A DNA stretch of 63,781 bases, the filler included, from Octopus bimaculoides (lineage: Eukaryota), in assembly GCF_001194135.2 (NCBI RefSeq). It is 5 parts of 4 records of this genome, joined end to end, with 100 filler letters (N's around TTAATTAATTAA, not from the genome) between each part and the next. Parts side by side here need not be neighbours in the genome. Positions count along the whole stretch, not along the records: positions 1 to 19,451 come from NC_068989.1; positions 19,552 to 35,189 come from NC_068981.1; 3 more parts are not named here. One strand, 5' to 3'. The notes below the pieces were generated by a model. It did no database searches, was not told the origin of the DNA, and saw only the letters and a program-made list of their open reading frames with translations. Positions within the stretch are counted from its first letter, which is position 1. The number at the start of each line of letters is the position of its first letter. The position numbers were made by a program, and so were the translations under genes. Below, one piece after another: positions 11,452-24,037 of this stretch.

Positions 11452-13220
11452 ACGTAATGACTTATAGTATATATATTTGTATGCATCTATGTGTGTATGC
11501 GTGTATGTGATATGTAGGTATGCATGTATAATAATATTAATGTGGCACAGTAAACGACAGAGGAACATGCGAAAAATACAGGAGAAAAACACAGAACGGA
11601 CGCGAACATGCTCAATCCTTCATCAGTGGTCGACCAAATATCATCACACTTTCGACAGCAGTATTTTAAGCAAACATCGGGAAACACCCAGTTAAAACAA
11701 ACCTATAAAAATGCTTTTCATCTTCCACTTGACCTTCTAAATTATGGAAACCATTGCAGATTTCAACTCAATAAATTTCCTCATTCAACGATGTTCTTTG
11801 TTTGCTTGTTTTTTCACGTAACCAAAATAGCGTTAGATTGCCGTGAAAAAGTTATGAAATCTCTGGATTAAGTAAAATTGATGAGGTGCTGACATATTAC
11901 AACATTTTTCTCAGTTTGCAGCTTATCTAATTATGTAACTCATAACACTGCTACAAACGCCATTCCAACAAAATAAAATATGAAAGCCTCGAGCCAGTGA
12001 ATAAGTCTCTAGACAAATAACGTACTGCATATTGTAACCAAAGATACAAAATTATTCAGAAAATTATGAGATGATCATGGTTAAAACATTTTTGATCTTA
12101 AGTCTGCTTAATCAGGATGAGCTGAGGCGAGGTAAGTGAGTCTCGTAAAGAAAATCCTCGGCTATCGCTAGCAACTAGTTCAGTCAAGCATAAAAAGTGT
12201 ATCTCGTATACATAAAATTTGTAGCAGTACTAATAACTTCAAAATAGTCCCAAGCAATAGGATTCTTGGTTTTGACAGTAAATATCAAAACAAACTAAAT
12301 AAAAAACAATAGAGATAAGGATAGAGTCTCGACAGTCGCGCTCCTAAAGTGACCACATCGTACGTGTCTTCTGAGCCCACATTAAGGACCTGCTGAGATC
12401 AAGAAACAAACTAGACTTGTGCAATTAGCGGTGGTTGAACGTTTCGTCACACTAACTGCGGCCGGGTCCCTTGACGCAGTCTACTGAGATGCAGTAGAAC
12501 TGCGTCAGTAACCAGGCCGCAGTCGGTGCAACGAAGATTTTGACTCGAAATAATAAAAGTTTAAGTGAAGTTAAATGAATAAAGGACGAAATTTTGATGG
12601 GTGAAATATATTTATCATAGGTCTGCTCCGTCAGGTCTAATCTGGACTAAAGAAACGAACAAACAACAAAAACAATAGGAACAAACAGACAACAAAAATA
12701 ACAATAAGAACAAACAAAACCACTAATGTATGAACAATACATTAGATCCATTATAAACCATGCAAGTCACAATGAACTACAACTAATCACGGTATAAATA
12801 ATACAATGTAGGCGATTTTTACTTTTAGATGGTAACAGGCTGCCAACACACACACACACACACACATAAATACACTGTCACCACCGCCACCACCACCTAC
12901 ACAATGAAACAAAAATACTAAAAATGAAAGACTACCTGGACAATGCGAGGGTACGGTTTGTCGCTTCAGTAAAGTCCAGTCCACACAGTCCTGGCTCCTG
13001 CATGTAAAATCATCTCCAAACAACCAAACACTTTTAAAATAAAATGATGTACCAATGGCTCACGTACCTTCCTTTTTTCATTAACTGACGATTGCGCTCT
13101 ACTTTAACCTTCAGTCTGATGGCCTTTTCTTTAATCTGCTCTGGTAAATATATATAATTATAATACACCCTCGTTCTTTCTCTCTGTCTCCTCACCTTTC
13201 ACTCCACCTTTTTCTACTCC

Positions 13221-13265
<45 letters not shown>

Positions 13266-13283
13266 ATTTATTTATTTATTTAT

Positions 13284-13333
<50 letters not shown>

Positions 13334-14227
13334 ATACACCACACACGCACATANNNNNNNNNNNNNNNNNNNNNNNNNNNNNNNNNNNNNNNNNNNNNNN
13401 NNNNNNNNNNNNNNNNNNNNNNNNNNNNNNNNNNNNNNNNNNNNNNNNNNNNNNNNNNNNNNNNNNNNNNNNNNNNNNNNNNNNNNNNNNNNNNNNNNNN
13501 NNNNNNNNNNNNNNNNNNNNNNNNNNNNNNNNNNNNNNNNNNNNNNNNNNNNNNNNNNNNNNNNNNNNNNNNNNNNNNNNNNNNNNNNNNNNNNNNNNNN
13601 NNNNNNNNNNNNNNNNNNNNNNNNNNNNNNNNNNNNNNNNNNNNNNNNNNNNNNNNNNNNNNNNNNNNNNNNNNNNNNNNNNNNNNNNNNNNNNNNNNNN
13701 NNNNNNNNNNNNNNNNNNNNNNNNNNNNNNNNNNNNNNNNNNNNNNNNNNNNNNNNNNNNNNNNNNNNNNNNNNNNNNNNNNNNNNNNNNNNNNNNNNNN
13801 NNNNNNNNNNNNNNNNNNNNNNNNNNNNNNNNNNNNNNNNNNNNNNNNNNNNNNNNNNNNNNNNNNNNNNNNNNNNNNNNNNNNNNNNNNNNNNNNNNNN
13901 NNNNNNNNNNNNNNNNNNNNNNNNNNNNNNNNNNNNNNNNNNNNNNNNNNNNNNNNNNNNNNNNNNNNNNNNNNNNNNNNNNNNNNNNNNNNNNNNNNNN
14001 NNNNNNNNNNNNNNNNNNNNNNNNNNNNNNNNNNNNNNNNNNNNNNNNNNNNNNNNNNNNNNNNNNNNNNNNNNNNNNNNNNNNNNNNNNNNNNNNNNNN
14101 NNNNNNNNNNNNNNNNNNNNNNNNNNNNNNNNNNNNNNNNNNNNNNNNNNNNNNNNNNNNNNNNNNNNNNNNNNNNNNNNNNNNNNNNNNNNNNNNNNNN
14201 NNNNNNNNNNNNNNNNNNNNNNNNNNN

Positions 14228-14260
<33 letters not shown>

Positions 14261-14384
14261 CGATGATGATGACGATGATGATGATGACGATGATGATGAT
14301 GATGATGATGATGATGACGATGACGATGATGATGATGATGATGATGATGACGATGATGATGATGACGATGATGATGATGATGAC

Positions 14385-14425
<41 letters not shown>

Positions 14426-14444
14426 CGATGATGATGACGATGAC

Positions 14445-14492
<48 letters not shown>

Positions 14493-14503
14493 AATAATAA
14501 TAA
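14228..14503. repeat. (GAT/GAC)n then (AAT)n microsatellite
   Basis: Read directly; source of the poly-His and poly-Met ORFs. Confidence 0.95.
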
Positions 14504-14504
14504 C

Positions 14505-14600
14505 CTAAGAATATTGGAGCTGTTGTCAGGCTCGAAGTGATCCAGAAGATAGCATTGTTGGGTACAGCTCGCATTTTAAGGAAAGTATTGTCTCCTTGAG
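14505..14600 (+). mobile_element. RLE-type (R4/Dong-like) LINE C-terminal fragment
   Basis: Translation LEVIQKIALLGTARILRKVLSP* matches the C-terminal QK..LLGTARI.RK.L motif of RLE LINEs; abuts (AAT)n. Confidence 0.6.
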
Positions 14601-14719
14601 TCACAGGAGAAGGCACTCCTTGAAACCTTTGGTGATTTGTTATTGCCTACTTTCAAGTAAAGAACAACCAGAAATTAAAAACTATCCGAGAGTCTTTCAG
14701 AATAATAACCAAGACAAAA

Positions 14720-15222
14720 CAATGTACATGATGGAAGTATTATCATGTACATTGCTTTGTCTTGGTATAGAAAATGGGCTACAGCAAATATTCTGCTCAA
14801 GACCACAGATTTGCTTGTCATTTGTTTGACCATAACCAGTTGAGCATGTCCCTTAGTGGCTGACGATATGTACATCTCTGATCACGAGCAGAAGTAGTCG
14901 GGGAGCATCATAGCTACGTGTTGAGAGAAATTCTTTGGGGTTTGGATAATTCACCTTTGGAAACATAGGTGTTTCGTTCAGCATCCTCAAACAACCCTTA
15001 TTCAGGGAGCTTTTTAGCGGGATGAGCTACTCGACCTGAAGAAAATTCTAACGGAGCCCCACCTGCAAGGTCATGCGCTGTTTATCTTGATATGAGGTCA
15101 TCATGTCACGCACTTATGGTTGTGATGCATGTACCTTATCAGACAGGTAGTTATGATGGGTATACTGGGCTTCGTATATTTTGCCCCAGTGTCACTTTGA
15201 TGGTATGCACTGCTCTCACTCA
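14720..15222 (-). mobile_element. Unclassified ~500-bp dispersed repeat (second copy 63289-63781, plus)
   Basis: Reverse complement is collinear with 63289-63781 (TGAGTGAGAG...CAATGTACATGATA). Confidence 0.8.
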
Positions 15223-15227
15223 ATAGA

Positions 15228-15310
15228 CCTGAGACCAAGGTGGATAATGATGAACTGGAAACTGTAGTGGAAGCGGATACATCTCAAACTAATTTAGCTG
15301 ATTCAGTAGC
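15228..15310 (+). mobile_element. mariner transposase N-terminal fragment
   Basis: RPETKVDNDELETVVEADTSQT resembles the mariner GRP..D.D.L...V..D...T segment. Confidence 0.45.
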
Positions 15311-15499
15311 GAAGACAGTGGAATACATCCAACTCAAAAACATTTTAAAATTACAATTGGCAAAAAATTTTGCTACTTTCTCAAAACTTTCGTTGAGCAA
15401 CAGACTATTCCCAACAAGAGTAAGAAAAAAATCCGACCGCTCTAATGTTCAAGGTTATCAACGATGTTGCTGGAGAATACATGAAATCATGTAAAGTTA

Positions 15500-16050
15500 A
15501 TTACTGGAATATTAATACTCCTATATACATAGCCGTTGTTACCCCTTAAAGAACACCTAGGAGAAATCTGAAGTAAACAAAGTAACGAAATTACTAAACG
15601 GAAACAACCTAAATGGAAAACAAAACTTGAAGAAAACATCAACAACGTGCGTCGCCATATTGGATAGTTAACTACAACAATAAAATGTAACCAGGAAAAT
15701 GAGTTTACGCCTCACCAACTCTGCCTTAGACAAAAATTCATGAAACTTTATGGCAACTCTTCACACCGACCTCTTGACGGAAAGCTAATCACTTTAAAAC
15801 ATGAACTCAGGACGATGAGCGAGAAACCCCGCTATTGCAAGCGAATTTTTGAACGAGCCAGTATCAATCGCACGTTTGCTTCCAATCCACAAGCATTAAA
15901 GAGAGAGATGAGGAACGAAAATATTACCATCAAGAAAGCTCCCTCCCAAGAAGATCTACAATCATTCTGGTCAAAAATTTGGAACGAAAAGTGGGATTTC
16001 AACCTGAATGCATCATGGTTAAATACAATTGAAAAAGGATACTGTACCAA
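15500..16050 (+). mobile_element. R4/Dong-clade LINE pre-RT region, degenerate
   Basis: PKWKTKLEENINNVRRHIG...INRTFASNPQ...PSQEDLQSFWSKIWNE...NLNASW pattern typical of R4-clade ORFs. Confidence 0.6.
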
Positions 16051-17505
16051 CACTAACAGTAAAACATACAAAATTGATGTATGTGTGTATGTATGTATGT
16101 ATTAAGTATGTATGTATGTGTGTGTGTATGTATGTATTAAGTATGTATGTATGTGTGTGTGTATGTATGTATGAATGTATAATTTTCTACACTTCCCACC
16201 AAATGTTTTGCCTTGAGCCATTGTTGAAAACATTTTTTTTAATGATGTTTCAACACAGTCTAAAACCGCTAACGTCCCTTAGTCACTATAGTTATGGTTG
16301 AAACCATAATTATTTCGCTACTTTTTGTGATATCTGTATACAATAACAACAGAATTATATTGAATTCCTTTTTTGCTCCAAAACTCCTCTTGATGGATAC
16401 ATCCGACCACGAAAGGCCAAGCAGTCAACGAATGGATTATGATTAATGTGTTACACAAACATAAAATATACGTCTTCCTATTAATCTATTCATTTATTAC
16501 TCTCTAAGATGGTGACTTATTTGATGCCAAGCAATTCACTTGGCTGGTAGGGTTGTATTAGTCCTTAGATTGAGCCATCTTGTAGATGGTAAAACAGTAG
16601 AATCCAGACAAACTATTGGCATTCAGCAGCGGCAGAATGTAAGAGAAACAGTTTAAACAACAGACATTTCATTTGCCGTGACAGTTGGATACACATGCGT
16701 TACCATCATTCAGACGTTCTATCTATAACATGTCTTAATTCTAAAATTGCTAAGAGAATTACGAAGGAACAGCTATTTTTTTTTTTTTTTCGTAACATCA
16801 GATTCGTCTGTATTATCACAACAGACAGATGGACAGTTACGTGAAACTCTGAGTAACATTTAGTGCAGTTATTTATTTTTATTTATTTTTTGCTTCAATA
16901 TTTTACTCTATCTTTGGTATTTGAGTACAATTTTGAGTATTTAATATTCGAGAAAGATTAAACCTAAACACGAGAGCATCTTTAATATTTTTTTTTTTCT
17001 TTTATTTGTTTCAGTCATTTGACTGCGGCCATATGTATATGTTATAGTAAATTTTGACTGAACAAGTAGCGGTGGTGTAATCAGATATGTTTTGTGATCT
17101 AATTTAAATGAAAGTCTAGATTATCCTTTTCAAGGATAATCTATTAAAGATGGGTCTATTATGATTAGTATTACACTACTTAATAGAATGAATTAAGCTG
17201 GAAAAACAAACGTTAAATCCACACACATACATGCGCGCACACACACACACATATTGATATTTAATATACACACAGATACATATATATTAAACACACACGC
17301 ACAAATACACACCATCAGAATACCCGACAATGCCCAGGCTATGAGTGGCCCTGAATTGTTCTTAACGAAGGTATATTCGATTTAACAGAACATTATTGGA
17401 TTTCTCTTAAAATGTTAGTTTTCATGACGGAAACTAAATCGTTTTCCAATACGTTTGTAAAAATCTGGTGATTAATACCATTTGCTACAGATACGTACGT
17501 AATAT

Positions 17506-17888
17506 GGCGAGCTTCCAGATTCGTTAGCATGCTTAGCGGCATTTCGTCCATCCTTACGTTCTGAGTTCAAGTTCTGCTGAGGTTGATGTTGCCTTTTATC
17601 CTGGTAACGTTAAAATAAATACCAGTTGTGTACTGGGGTCGATATAATACAAGTACCAGTTGAGTACTAGAGTCAATCTAATCAACTTACCCCCCTGCCC
17701 CTGAAATTACTAGCCTTGTGCCATAATTTAAAATCAATATTTATTTCAAATTTTGGTACAAAGCCATCAACTTTGAGGGAATGGTCCAAGTCGATTACAT
17801 TGGCCCCAGTACTCACTGGTACTTATTTTATCGACCCTGAAAGGATGAAAGGGAAAGTCAACCCCGGCGGCATTTGAACTCAGAACGT
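17506..17888. mobile_element. Two family B SINEs tail to tail (17506-17735 plus, 17742-17888 minus)
   Basis: Central domain seen in both orientations. Confidence 0.75.
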
Positions 17889-17890
17889 AC

Positions 17891-18115
17891 TCTGCTGTAC
17901 TCTCTCACCACAACTTTCTCTCTTTCGTTCCTCGTGTTTCTGTTGTACCTGTATTTCAAAGGGCCAACCTTGTATCACTCTGAATCTCCTCGAGAACTAC
18001 GTTAAGGTTACACGTGTCCGTGGAGTGCTCGGCCACTTGCACGTTAATTTTACGAGCAAGCTATTCCGTTGATCGTATCAACTGGAACCCTCGTCGTCGT
18101 AACCGATGGAGTGCC
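17891..18115 (+). mobile_element. SINE family A, 5-prime truncated
   Basis: Ends GGAACCCTCGTCGTCGTAACCGATGGAGTGCC, as in the other family A copies. Confidence 0.8.
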
Positions 18116-18130
18116 GTAATAATATTATAT

Positions 18131-18222
<92 letters not shown>

Positions 18223-19495
18223 GTCTTTTAAATTTGCTTGCGGGAAACGTTTTGAATATGCAAATAAAGTTGATATTCCACAGTCTAATGATGCTGACTG
18301 GTGAACCAGTTTTTTATGGATGCTCACAGTTTCAGGCTACTAAATTCACAAATTCATCCGCAAAGTACTGGTCGGCCCGGGGCTATTATTGAAAACACAT
18401 GTCCAAGACGGCACGCAGTAAAACTGAACCTGAAACCACATGGTTGCAAAGCGAGCTTCTTACCTATACAGCTGTGACTTTAGAGTGAACAATAAACTCT
18501 CTTCCAACGACATTGTCAAAACCAGACTTCAAAAAGGCCAACTTCCTTTCATTGTCTCCACTGTTTTTTGTTCCATATATATATATATATATACTATATA
18601 TGTGGAAAATCGGTGTGTGTTTCTTTGTGGCGTTGTTAGCTAACTCCTCCTACATCGTTTTATTGATTTTGATGAAACTTGACACGTGAGTAGAACTCAT
18701 GTCTGGAAACCCCGTGACATACTTAGATTGTTGAAAAGAAATCGATAATACGGCCCCTGGAAGGGACATTTATATCTACCTCATATAACTCATTTCTTTT
18801 TTTTTAAACACCCAAGGGATATAACCCATACCACCTGTAAAATATTTTTTAAACACTCTAGGGAAATAACCCATTTCATTGTTTATGTTCGATTACTCTG
18901 AATACTGATTTTTTTGTGTGTCCTATTTTTAATTTTTGCAGACAATATCACTTTTATACTTTATTTGACACGTGAGTAGAACTCATGTCTGGAAACCTCG
19001 TGACATACTTAGATTGTTGATAAAAATCGATAATAGGGCCCTTGCAATGGATCGTGCTATCAACTACATATTACTAATATTTTATTTAAACAACCCAAGG
19101 GAAATAACCCATACCACCTGCAGATTTCAGCCGACCTAATTCTGCATTTCACTACTCACAGTTTTGAACTGCTAAACATTATTGCACTTCCTTAATTTGA
19201 ATCTTAAACATTAAAGACTTCATTCATACATTTCTATACATATATACTTTTTTGAATGCCCATTACTCCGATAATTCTGCATTTTTACAGTTACACTTTT
19301 TCCATGACAGTAGATAATTTTTTTATTCCACACGTATTTGTAGTAGCTTCATACAGGCATAGCGTGGATTCGATCCTCGATTGCCAAATTTCACTTAACA
19401 CTTCAACAGCGCTTTTCTCACAGTAAAACAATAATTTATATATATATATATNNNNNNNNNNNNNNNNNNNNNNNNNNNNNNNNNNNNNNNNNNNN

Positions 19496-19507
19496 TTAAT
19501 TAATTAA
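19496..19507. other. Artificial scaffold linker TTAATTAATTAA (also 35234-35245, 53963-53974, 57944-57955)
   Basis: Each copy is flanked by exactly 44 N on both sides (100 nt total) and has stops in all frames. Confidence 0.95.
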
Positions 19508-19552
19508 NNNNNNNNNNNNNNNNNNNNNNNNNNNNNNNNNNNNNNNNNNNNG

Positions 19553-19673
19553 CCCTGCTTCTCACATGGACAACTGTATGTTGGCTGCTCAAGAGTGGGC
19601 AGCAACAAAAAACCTATTTGTATATGCTCCACAAGGGAAAACAAGGAACATAGTTTACAATGAGGTTTTATAA
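19553..19673 (+). pseudogene. Helitron Pif1-like helicase C-terminus with a +1 frameshift
   Basis: PCFSHGQLYVGCSRVGSNK/NLFVYAPQGKTRNIVYNEVL*; SHGQLYV.CSRV is the Helitron/Pif1 motif VI region. Confidence 0.85.
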
Positions 19674-20446
19674 TCACAACAGCAAGAAAGTATGTACATG
19701 ATCACCTTCTTTTACGAAACTTCATTGACTTTCATATATTTATATTGATATACATATATATACGTGTGTTTGGGTGCGTGTGTGTATATACATCTCTATA
19801 TATAAAGATGATGCGTAGTCTAGACGGCGTTTTTAGATTTCATTATTCTCTTTAACCCGGGCAACGCCGGGTATTTCTGCTAGTAACATATAAAAGAGTA
19901 TGTGATTATGGGGAATGTATGCAATGTGTGCACATAAAGGTAAAATAACCAAGTAGAAAAGATATTTGAAAACTTAGTTCTGCTACAGTCAGTTCACTGT
20001 TTTGTAGCAAGAGAAGGAGAGAGGAAAATTAGAGAAGTGATACTAGAAGGACAGTAAAATAGGTGATTACATACTTAATGTGAACCATGAAATTAAGTAA
20101 AATTACAACCTTAGAGATGAGGTTTCATTTCAGTCAAGGAAGATAAATGAGATAATCCTAGAATTTAAACTGATTAAAAAGAAATGGTAGTGGCAAGAGA
20201 ATTTGATCATTTTTAGTCCAGTGACGCTGCCGGACATGTTTTGGTCTTGCTAGAGAAGAAGATCCCTACCCAAAACAATCATTACTTTAATGAATTCTAG
20301 TCAAGAAATATAGGGAAAACCATACTGAAATTTGAATTATTGGCATATAAGATGCATTCTTGTATAAGACACACCTGTATTATACAAGTCTATTTTGTTA
20401 AAGTGGTTAAAGTGAAAGAAATGTATGATGCATACTTTTATTTTTA

Positions 20447-20805
20447 CTTGTTTCAGTCATTAGACTGTAGCCATACTGGGGCATCGACTTGAAGAAGTTT
20501 TAGCTGAATGAATTGACTCCAGTACCTTTTTTTAAGCTTGTTACTTATTCTATCGATCTCTCATTTGAACCATTAAGTTACAGGTATGTAAACTGGTGGT
20601 CAAGCTGTAGTGGGGGACAAACACAGATACAAATACACACACACACAAACACACACATATACAATGGGCTTCTTTCAGCTTTTGTCAACCAAATCTACAC
20701 AAGGCTTTCGTCAGCCTGAGGCAAGTATACTTGCCTAATGTGTTACAAAGTGAGACTGAACTTGGAACCATGTTGTTGAGAAGCAAGCTTCTTTACCACA
20801 TAGCC
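20447..20805 (-). mobile_element. CORE-type SINE family C
   Basis: Homologous to 55809-56215. Confidence 0.75.
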
Positions 20806-21275
20806 ACAATGTTGTGACAGTATAGTGGAATAAAGTATGAAACCATAATACATAAACTGTTATGGGACTACAGTATTTCAGCTTTGTCTTCTTTCAGATC
20901 AACTGTACAGTTATTTATATTTTGGTCAAGAGAATTGCCATATAGGATGTAAAACTCATATTTCTGGTTGTGTAACTACTTTTGGCCACCAGGAGTGACT
21001 TGCCACTGCTATGGTTTTGTTATCTACTCGTTGGAAATACCTGATAAACGGATGAAGGTTAAACATTCCATCCATTTTTCTGGAATTTTCATTTAGATAA
21101 TTTAATATAACATAGTAATCAAATAATGTAAAACATATGCCAAGTATGGATTATGTATACTAGAGAAGGAGGCATGAGATGGTTTTAAAAAAATTTAGAA
21201 AATAAACATTAAGAGGGAAGTACAAAAAGTCGAGGGACAGAAACAGCAATATAAAGTGAAGCTGAGAGAGAGAGA

Positions 21276-21355
<80 letters not shown>

Positions 21356-21454
21356 GAGGGAGAGAATTAAGAGAGAAAGGTTAAGGAAAACATGTGGGAA
21401 AATGAGAGAAAACAGTATTGTATGTTAACTGAGTATATGTTTGTGTAATATGCT

Positions 21455-21899
21455 GGCACTCCGTCGCTTACGACGACGAGGGTTCCAGTTGATCCGATCA
21501 ATGGAACAGCCTACTCGTGAAATTAACGTGCAAGTGGCTGAGCACTCCACAGACATGNNNNNNNNNNGGAACAGCCTACTCGTGAAATTAACGTGCAAGT
21601 GGCTGAGCACTCCACAGACATGTGTACCCTTAACATAGTTCTCGGGGATATTCAGCATGACACAGAGTGTGACAAGGTGGACCCTTCGAATTACAGGCAC
21701 AACAGAAACAGGAAGAAAGAGTGAGAGGAAGTTGTGGTGGAAGGGTACAGCAGGGATCGCCACCATCCCCTGCCGGAGCCTCGTGGAGCTTTAGGTGTTT
21801 TCGCTCAATAAACACTCACAACGCCTGGTCTGGTAATCAAAACCGCGATCCTATGACCGCGAGTCCGTTGCCCTAACCACTGGGCCATTGCGCTTCCAC
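21455..21899 (-). mobile_element. SINE family A, full length (55-bp assembly duplication around the 10-N gap)
   Basis: Head GTGGAAGCGCAATGGCCCAGTGGTTAGGGCA through tail GCGACGGAGTGCC. Confidence 0.85.
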
Positions 21900-22547
21900 A
21901 TGTTTGTGTGAAAATAAGGAGAAAAAGATTAAGAGAGAAGGCAGTCAAAGATACAATAGGGTGTGTATGAGAGAGAATGAGGGGAAGAAAGAAGTGTAAA
22001 GTCGAAGCGTAAAACTATACAAAAAGAGAAATGATAGTCATGAAAGAAAGGTTGTGTATGTGTTAGAGAGTAAATGAAAACAATAATGGAAAAATAAAGA
22101 AAAGAAAAGAAATGTGAGGTTGAAAGGGTGAGAGAAGTATGACGTGAATAGTGTTGTGAAAGATTAAGAGAGAAATAGTAATGGTGAGGGACAAGGATAG
22201 AAAAAAGGGAGAATTAAAAAGGGTAGGAAGAAGAAACTTCCAGAATATGAAGAGAGAGGCAGTGCTCCAGCATGGCTGCAGTCAAATGACTGAAACAAGT
22301 AAAAGAGTAAAAGAGAGCGAGAGAGACAGAAAGTGAGTGAGAGAGAGAGAGAGAGAGAGAGTGTAATAGAGCAAAAGAGAGCAAGCCTGAGAGAGAGAGT
22401 GAGCAAGTGAGAGAGAAAGGGAGAGAGAGAGTGAGAGGTAGAGATTAAAATGAGTTTAAAAGGGAAAAAAAGAAAGGGAAAATAGACAATAGTGAGATAA
22501 GAAAGAAAGAAATGAAAGGGAAAGAAAACTGCGTGAAATATTTGGAA

Positions 22548-22977
22548 ATATTGGCAAGTTTTGGCAGAGTAATTTTGGTGGAAGGAGTAAGTCAGTTTAA
22601 TCAACCCCAGGGCTTGCCCCCAAAATGGTTGAAAGGCAAAGATGATCTTGGCAGCAACTGAACTCAGAACATAAAAAATGGACAAAATACCACCATTAGT
22701 ATTTTGCTTGGCATGCTAACTATTCCACAAGCTTGCTGCCTTGGGCGCAAGAAATATTGGTTTCATATTTTGGCACAAGGCCAGCAATTTTGGGAAAGTG
22801 GGTAAGTCGATTAGGTCGACCCTAGCGTTCAACTGGCACTTATTTTATCGACCCTGAAAGGATGAAAGGCATAGTTGACCTTGGTGGAATTTGAACTCAG
22901 AACGTCAAGATGGATGAAATGCTGCTAAGCATTTAACCTGGTATGCTAATGATTCAGCTAGCTCGCCACCTTTGGGG
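22548..22977 (-). mobile_element. Two tandem family B SINEs
   Basis: Two consecutive reverse-complement copies of head and central domain. Confidence 0.75.
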
Positions 22978-23941
22978 AGAAAATTTTGAAGGAGAAACTA
23001 ATAATGGAGAGGACAAAAAATAATACATGTGCGCTCGCACATGTATGTGAGAGAGATAGAGNNNNNNNNNNNNNNNNNNNNNNNNNNNNNNNNNNNNNNN
23101 NNNNNNNNNNNNNNNNNNNNNNNNNNNNNNNNNNNNNNNNNNNNNNNNNNNNNNNNNNNNNNNNNNNNGAAAATGCAGGCAAAATAGAGATAAAAACGAG
23201 TTAGAGTTGTGTTGAGGAAACACTATAAATAAGAGAGATATTTATTGCTTGTCAGAGAAGAATATTAAATGACATGGGAAACACAAACTTGCAATAGTTA
23301 AATGAAATCTGAGAGGAGGAGAAAAGATATATTGAAATACTATTACAGAAATTACAAGAAAAAAAAAGGTGAGGAATGCATAAGGGATTGGAGAGGCTAG
23401 GCAAAAGGAAATTAGACGAGAAAATTACGAAAAAGAAGAAAAATATGAAATACTTTGAAGTAAATGAGACGAATATGAAAAATCGAGAAGAAAGAAAGAC
23501 TGAGATTTAGATTGATAGGTCAATGAAGTCTGTTTCGAATTTACATGGCCATTTGACCAGAGCTTTATCTCTTTTCGTGACGTTAAAGAGATGGAGAGCA
23601 TAAGACACTCCTGAACGAGTCGCCAGTCCTTTGCAGAGTTAACTCTAACTCCAACTGTCCCTGACACTCATTTTCAGCTGAGTAGAATTAACCAACATGA
23701 AACGAAGAGCTTTGGTTCATCTTCTTTCTGTCATATCTCTAAACCTGTTCTCTCTCACACACAAGACAGAAAAGAGACGATGATGATCGTGAAGAAAGAT
23801 GAAGATTTAGGAGTTAAAAGAGATGTTAGAACTGGTATTTTCAAAAATAGTATATAGGGAAAAAGATATAGAAAACAGAGTGACAAGCAAAATAACAATA
23901 AAAGGGAAATTTAGCATAGTAAAGGAGGTAGAGGCGTCAGA

Positions 23942-23982
<41 letters not shown>

Positions 23983-23992
23983 NNNNNNNNNN

Positions 23993-24037
<45 letters not shown>

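Larger units (their letters stand above)
18590..19883 (+). mobile_element. Helitron: 5-prime arm, gap, helicase C-terminus, 3-prime hairpin and CTAG
   Basis: 3-prime end ACCCGG-GCAACG-CCGGGT...CTAG|T (19855-19884); 5-prime arm has an internal duplication (TGACACGTGAGTAGAACTCATG at ~18700 and ~18966). The two halves are separated by a scaffold gap and may not be one element. Confidence 0.7.

Noticed and set aside
13276-14616. 446-aa poly-His ORF and the opposite poly-Met ORF
   Set aside because: Translation of (GAT/GAC)n plus an N-gap; no coding evidence.
19496-19507. Palindromic TTAATTAATTAA recurring four times
   Set aside because: Always N44-linker-N44; an assembly spacer, not biology.
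21860-21899. tRNA-like heads as tRNA genes
   Set aside because: Each continues into a SINE body; no complete cloverleaf.
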